From contig DAIRUD010000001.1 of assembly GCA_036803565.1 (NCBI GenBank), positions 1 to 51,482 of the forward strand: a stretch of 51,482 bases of DNA. The letters run 5' to 3'. This document shows, piece after piece, positions 47,365-51,482 of the stretch. The notes beneath the pieces were generated by a model. That model made no database searches and was not told where the DNA came from. It saw only the letters and a program-made list of their open reading frames with translations. This stretch comes from Synergistaceae bacterium. Lineage in GTDB: Bacteria > Synergistota > Synergistia > Synergistales > Synergistaceae. Numbering within the stretch: the stretch's first letter is position 1; each line of letters begins with the position of its first letter. The position numbers were made by a program, and so were the translations under genes.

Positions 47365-47586
47365 GTGCAATGTGTCGCCCTGTTCGAAACCACCCGCATG
47401 GCCCTGCAATTCGAACGGGCCTGCCGAGCCTGCGATATCGACGTCCGCATCGTGCCGGTCCCCCGGCGGCTTTCGTCGAGTTGCGGATTCGCATGCGAAT
47501 ACCCCTGCGACGTGCGCGCCAGGGTCGCGCAAATCGCGCGCGAGGCCGATATCGAGGTCTCCGCGTATCACGAACTCGACGCCTGA
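47365..47586 (+). CDS. DUF3343-like small protein (putative S/Se carrier fold)
   Basis: GTG 47365 after GGGAGGGA (the ORF opens at TTG 47323). ALFETTRMALQFERACRACDIDVRIVPVPRRLSSSCGFA matches the DUF3343 pattern (..F.s...A...e..l...gi....iP.P..is.sCG.a). Confidence 0.6.
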   Translation: MQCVALFETTRMALQFERACRACDIDVRIVPVPRRLSSSCGFACEYPCDVRARVAQIAREADIEVSAYHELDA

Positions 47587-48725
47587 CCTCGCAGCGCTTC
47601 GGCCAGCGCGTCCGCGACCGAGCGGACGTCGTCGTCCGTCATGTCCGGATACATCGGCAGCGAGAGCTCGCCGGCGGAATACCGCTCCGCCTCGGGAAAC
47701 GCCCCCTCCGAAAAACCGAAGCGGTTCCTGTAATACGTATGCAGATGCACCGGTACATAATGAACCTGCACACCGATGCCCGCTTCCCGCAGCCGCATGA
47801 ACACGTCCCTGCGGCAAGCGGGCGTTACCCAGACGGGAAACAGGTGATACGCATGCCCCGGATGCGCGGGCGGAAGCGTCACACCGGCGACTTGCGGCAG
47901 GTATTCCCGGTACAGCCGCGCGATCTCCCTGCGCCTTTCCACGAAAAACGGCAGGCGGCGCATCTGGCTTTCGCCGAGGGCGCACGCGATGTCGCTCAAC
48001 CGGTAATTGTAACCCAGCTCGATCATGTCGTTGTCCCACGCCCCCGCGTAGGGGCGTACGAAATCCGCGGGGGACTTGACGATGCCGTGCGTACGGAAGG
48101 TACGCAGCCGCTTCGCGAACTCCCCGGAGTTCGTCGCGACCATGCCGCCCTCCGCCGTCGTGATGTGTTTTACGGGGTGGAAACTGAAGACGGTCATGTC
48201 CGCCTCGCAACCCACGCGTTTTCCCCGCCGTTCCGCGCCGAGCGCGTGGCTCGCGTCCTCGATCAGCAACGCGTCGGCCTGCGCCGCGATGGGCCGAAAA
48301 GCCTCCAAATCGACCGGGTATCCGGCGAAGCTGACCGGAACGACCGCGCGGACCGGGCCTTCGGCACGCCGCATCACGGCCTGCGCGGCGATCGGATCCA
48401 TGCACAGCGTGTCGGCGGCGATATCCGCGAAGAGCGGGGTGCCGCCGCAATACAGGGCGGCGTTGCTGGTCGCGGCGAATGTCAGCGGGGGCACGACGAC
48501 CACGTCGCCCGGGGCGACTCCGGCGACGTGCATCGCGCCGTGCAAAGCCGCGGTCCCGCTGGAAAAGCAAACCGCATGCGCCGCCCCGACGTAATCCGCC
48601 ACCGCCGCCTCGAACCGCTCGACCGTCGGCCCCGTCGTCAGCCAATCGCCCCGCAACACCGCGACGACGGCATCGATATCCGCCTGATCGATGCTCTGGC
48701 GCCCATAAGGTAGGTAAGCCTTCAT
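47568..48725 (-). CDS. pseC: PseC-like DegT-family aminotransferase (UDP-4-amino-4,6-dideoxy-N-acetyl-beta-L-altrosamine transaminase type)
   Basis: From ATG 48725. LPYGRQSIDQADIDAVVAVLRGDWLTTGP start, FSFHPVKHITTAEGG (PLP-Lys), NYRLSDI. The subfamily call is tentative. Confidence 0.8.
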   Translation of the reverse strand: MKAYLPYGRQSIDQADIDAVVAVLRGDWLTTGPTVERFEAAVADYVGAAHAVCFSSGTAALHGAMHVAGVAPGDVVVVPPLTFAATSNAALYCGGTPLFADIAADTLCMDPIAAQAVMRRAEGPVRAVVPVSFAGYPVDLEAFRPIAAQADALLIEDASHALGAERRGKRVGCEADMTVFSFHPVKHITTAEGGMVATNSGEFAKRLRTFRTHGIVKSPADFVRPYAGAWDNDMIELGYNYRLSDIACALGESQMRRLPFFVERRREIARLYREYLPQVAGVTLPPAHPGHAYHLFPVWVTPACRRDVFMRLREAGIGVQVHYVPVHLHTYYRNRFGFSEGAFPEAERYSAGELSLPMYPDMTDDDVRSVADALAEALRGQASSS

Positions 48726-49016
48726 CCACAACACCCTCCACGCAAAACGGCGCGCCACATGGGGCGGCAACCGCAACGATCGAATCGCGGAGACATCATA
48801 GCACAATTCATTTCATATCCACAAAACTTTTGAAACAAAACACATCTTTTTGCTCGATATTCCGGCAAATTTAAACCGGCGCCGCCAAGCCGGGAAATCA
48901 CGGCAACGAGCACCCGCCATCGAATTGCCGCACGACGGCGTGCGGGCGGCGACATCCGCCTGTCCCCGCTTTTCCCGCGCATTTCCTTGCCGTACACCCG
49001 GCCGGGCTGTTCCGTC

Positions 49017-49045
49017 TTGAGGAAAACGGCGATTCCTTGTACAAT
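49017..49045 (+). promoter_or_regulatory. possible promoter TTGAGG-N17-TACAAT upstream of rny
   Basis: Hexamers at 49017-49022 and 49040-49045. Would give a leader of about 100 nt before the rny ATG. Confidence 0.3.
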
Positions 49046-49152
49046 AAATAAGTTGTATCCCGATTGTTCTGTTTCGAGAACTTTTCCGCAAAAGGGGTTC
49101 AATATAAGCAACACGGTACCTTGACAAACGAATTTCGATGAGGTGATGAAAA

Positions 49153-50688
49153 ATGTTGGAGTCAATTTTAACGGCGGCTATTTCCGTAATTATCGGTGTG
49201 GTGGGCGGCATCTTCGTCTACAAGACCATGCTCGGAAAACAGGAGGCCGGCGCCGTTTCCAAAGCCGAAAAGCTGTTGGAGGAAGCGGCGAACAAGGCCG
49301 AGCTCGCCAGAAAAAGCCTCATGGCGGAGACCAAGGACGAAATATTCCGCCTGCGCCAGGAGGTCGACAAGGAGACGAAGGAACGCAGAAACGAGCTGCA
49401 GCGCACGGAGCGCAAGCTGGAGCAGAAAGAGGAAAACCTCGACAAGAAACTGGACAACGTCGGCAAGCGCGAGGAAGAGCTGAAGCAACGCCTGGAGGAA
49501 GCAAAAGAAAAAATGGAGGCGCTCTCCCACAAGGAGGGAGAACTCCTCACGAAGCTCGAGGAAATCGCGCGCCTCTCGCAGGAGGACGCGAAGGCCCTGC
49601 TTCTCGCCGAAGTCGAGACGGAGGCGAACCACCTCATCGGCCTCAGGCTGAAGGAGATGGAAGAGCGCGCGCGGCGCGAGGCGGACCGCAAGGCGCAGGA
49701 GATCATCGCGGTCGCCATCCAGCGCTGCTGCGTCGACTTCACGTCGGAAATCGCGGTCAGCGTGGTACAGATTCCCTCGGACGAGATGAAGGGGCGGATC
49801 ATCGGCCGCGAAGGGCGCAACATCCGCACCTTCGAGACGCTGAGCGGCGTGGACCTGATCGTCGACGACACGCCGGAAGCCGTCACCCTGAGCTGCTTCG
49901 ACCCCATTCGGCGCGAGGTCGCGCGCCTCTCCCTGGAGCGGCTGATCCAGGATGGGCGCATCCACCCGGCGAGGATCGAGGAAATTCTCGAGAAATCGCA
50001 GCGCGACGTGGAGGCCCAGGTGATCGAGGCGGGCGAGGAAGCCCTGCTCGAGACCGGCATCAAGCACATCCACCCGGAGCTCTCCAAACTGATCGGGCAG
50101 CTTCGCTTCCGCGCCAGCTACGGGCAGAACGCCCTGCGGCACAGCCTGGAGGTCGCGCACCTGTGCGGCCTGTTCGCATCCGAACTGGGCCTGGACGAGA
50201 GCGTCGCCAAACGGGCGGGCCTCCTCCACGACATCGGCAAGGCCGTGGACCATCAGGTGGAGGGGCCGCACGCCATGATCGGCGCCGACATCGCCAAGCG
50301 CTACAACGAAGCGCCGGAGATCATCAACGCGATCGCGTCGCACCACGAGGACGAGGAGCCGCAGACGCTCTACGCGCTGCTGGTGGCGGCCGCCGACGCG
50401 GTCAGCGCCTCTCGGCCGGGTGCGCGCCGGGAGAGCCTCGACGCCTACGTCAAGCGCCTGGAGAAGCTCGAGGAGATCGCCCAATCCTTCGACGGCGTCA
50501 GCAAAGCGTTCGCCATCCAGGCGGGCCGAGAGGTGCGGGTGGCGGTCTGTCCCGAGACGACGGACGACGGCACGATGCAAAAACTCGCCTACGACATCGC
50601 GAGAAAGATCGAAGGGGAGATGAAGTACCCAGGGCAGATCCGGGTGACGCTGATCCGGGAGACGCGCGTGGTCGACTACGCGAAGTAG
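49153..50688 (+). CDS. rny: ribonuclease Y
   Basis: 511 aa. N-terminal TM helix, coiled-coil, KH domain ([12 protein letters not shown]), HD domain (LLHDIGKA...HH). GAGGTGA Shine-Dalgarno. Confidence 0.95.
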   Translation: MLESILTAAISVIIGVVGGIFVYKTMLGKQEAGAVSKAEKLLEEAANKAELARKSLMAETKDEIFRLRQEVDKETKERRNELQRTERKLEQKEENLDKKLDNVGKREEELKQRLEEAKEKMEALSHKEGELLTKLEEIARLSQEDAKALLLAEVETEANHLIGLRLKEMEERARREADRKAQEIIAVAIQRCCVDFTSEIAVSVVQIPSDEMKGRIIGREGRNIRTFETLSGVDLIVDDTPEAVTLSCFDPIRREVARLSLERLIQDGRIHPARIEEILEKSQRDVEAQVIEAGEEALLETGIKHIHPELSKLIGQLRFRASYGQNALRHSLEVAHLCGLFASELGLDESVAKRAGLLHDIGKAVDHQVEGPHAMIGADIAKRYNEAPEIINAIASHHEDEEPQTLYALLVAAADAVSASRPGARRESLDAYVKRLEKLEEIAQSFDGVSKAFAIQAGREVRVAVCPETTDDGTMQKLAYDIARKIEGEMKYPGQIRVTLIRETRVVDYAK

Positions 50689-50693
50689 TCGCC

Positions 50694-51470
50694 ATGAAAA
50701 TCCTCTTCGTAGGCGACGTCTTCGGCAGGCCGGGACGCACGGCCCTGGAGGCCGTGCTTCCGGCACTTCGCGCGGAGGAAGGGCCCTTCGATTTCGTCGT
50801 CGTCAACTGCGAGAACGCCGCGGCCGGGTTCGGCATGACGGAGCGCCTGATGAACGACATGTTCGCTCTGGGGGTGGACGTCATGACCTCCGGCAACCAC
50901 ATCTGGGACAAGAAGGATTTCGTCCCCGTATTGGATCGGGAACCCAGGGTCCTCCGTCCGGCGAACTACGCGGCGGGGAGTCCCGGAAGGGGCTGCGGGG
51001 TTTTCGAAAAAAACGGCCGCAGGCTTTGCGTACTGAACTTACAGGGCAGGGCGTTCATGCCGCCCGTGGACTGTCCCTTCCGGGCGGCCGACGACGCGCT
51101 GGCGCAGGTATGCGCGGACGTCGTGTTCGTCGATTTTCACGCGGAAGCGACGGCGGAAAAGATCGCGCTCGCACGGTATCTCGACGGACGCGTCTCGGCA
51201 CTCGCAGGCACCCACACGCATGTGCAGACGGCGGACGATCGCATTCTGCCGGGCGGAACGGCGTACATCACGGATGCCGGCATGACCGGCGGGCACGGAG
51301 GCGTCATCGGCACAAAGTACGACTCGGTGATTCCCAAGTTTCTGACAAGCATCCCCTCCAAATTCGAGGTCGAAGAGACCGAATCCCGTCTGCAAGGCGT
51401 CGTGTTCGACATCGACGACGAGACGGGAAGAGCATTCGACATCCGCAGAATCGACAGAATATCCGCGTAA
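50694..51470 (+). CDS. ymdB: YmdB-type metallophosphoesterase (2-prime,3-prime-cyclic-nucleotide phosphodiesterase, TIGR00282-like)
   Basis: 258 aa. MKILFVGDVFGRPGR, VNCENAAAGFG, TSGNHIWD, DFHAEATAEK, GTHTHVQTAD. Conserved rny-ymdB adjacency, using Bacillus nomenclature. Confidence 0.92.
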   Translation: MKILFVGDVFGRPGRTALEAVLPALRAEEGPFDFVVVNCENAAAGFGMTERLMNDMFALGVDVMTSGNHIWDKKDFVPVLDREPRVLRPANYAAGSPGRGCGVFEKNGRRLCVLNLQGRAFMPPVDCPFRAADDALAQVCADVVFVDFHAEATAEKIALARYLDGRVSALAGTHTHVQTADDRILPGGTAYITDAGMTGGHGGVIGTKYDSVIPKFLTSIPSKFEVEETESRLQGVVFDIDDETGRAFDIRRIDRISA

Positions 51471-51482
51471 CTAAAAAGCGGC

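Noticed and set aside
48815-48823. Single DnaA-box-like 9-mer ATATCCACA in the pseC-rny intergenic region.
   Set aside because: It is only one imperfect box, with no cluster, no adjacent AT-rich unwinding element, and no dnaA or dnaN nearby.

Overview
GC-rich chromosomal segment of about 51.5 kb, densely packed with roughly 50 protein-coding genes, most on the minus strand. Nearly all are housekeeping or cell-envelope and division genes. Recognisable genes include acpS, recA with cinA/pgpA/rimO/rodZ/rpe, rsmB, rmuC, cls, a ManB-type phosphomutase and purA. There is also an ftsE-ftsX-envC-ctpA-yibQ module, csaB with a large polytopic partner, maf, uppP, a Na/Pi symporter, RNase J, skp and rny-ymdB. 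Firmicute-style RNA-decay genes (rny, rnj, ymdB) sit beside outer-membrane and SLH-anchoring markers (skp, csaB). This suggests a diderm Terrabacteria lineage, possibly Synergistota-like, but that is inference only. By eye I found no rRNA, tRNA, CRISPR array, transposase, integrase or phage genes, so this looks like core genome rather than an accessory island. Leads, best first: (1) a tandem pair of paralogous, apparently tail-anchored proteins of unrecognised family (14448-16340). (2) A split transketolase pair whose ThDP/Mg and catalytic-His motifs are degenerate, translationally coupled between csaB and ftsEX (35022-36784). (3) A kinase-less PASTA protein at the position normally held by pknB, preceded by a 29-codon micro-ORF that duplicates its membrane anchor (5532-6906). 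(4) A near-consensus promoter followed about 90 nt later by a strong intrinsic terminator, which is an sRNA or attenuator candidate (26251-26377). (5) An AT-rich island with a promoter giving a roughly 300-nt structured leader ahead of an orphan citX (11332-11800). (6) A GLUG-repeat secreted protein whose repeat pattern continues in another frame past its stop codon (24703-25060). Function calls come from reading the translated ORFs for family motifs. No database search was run.
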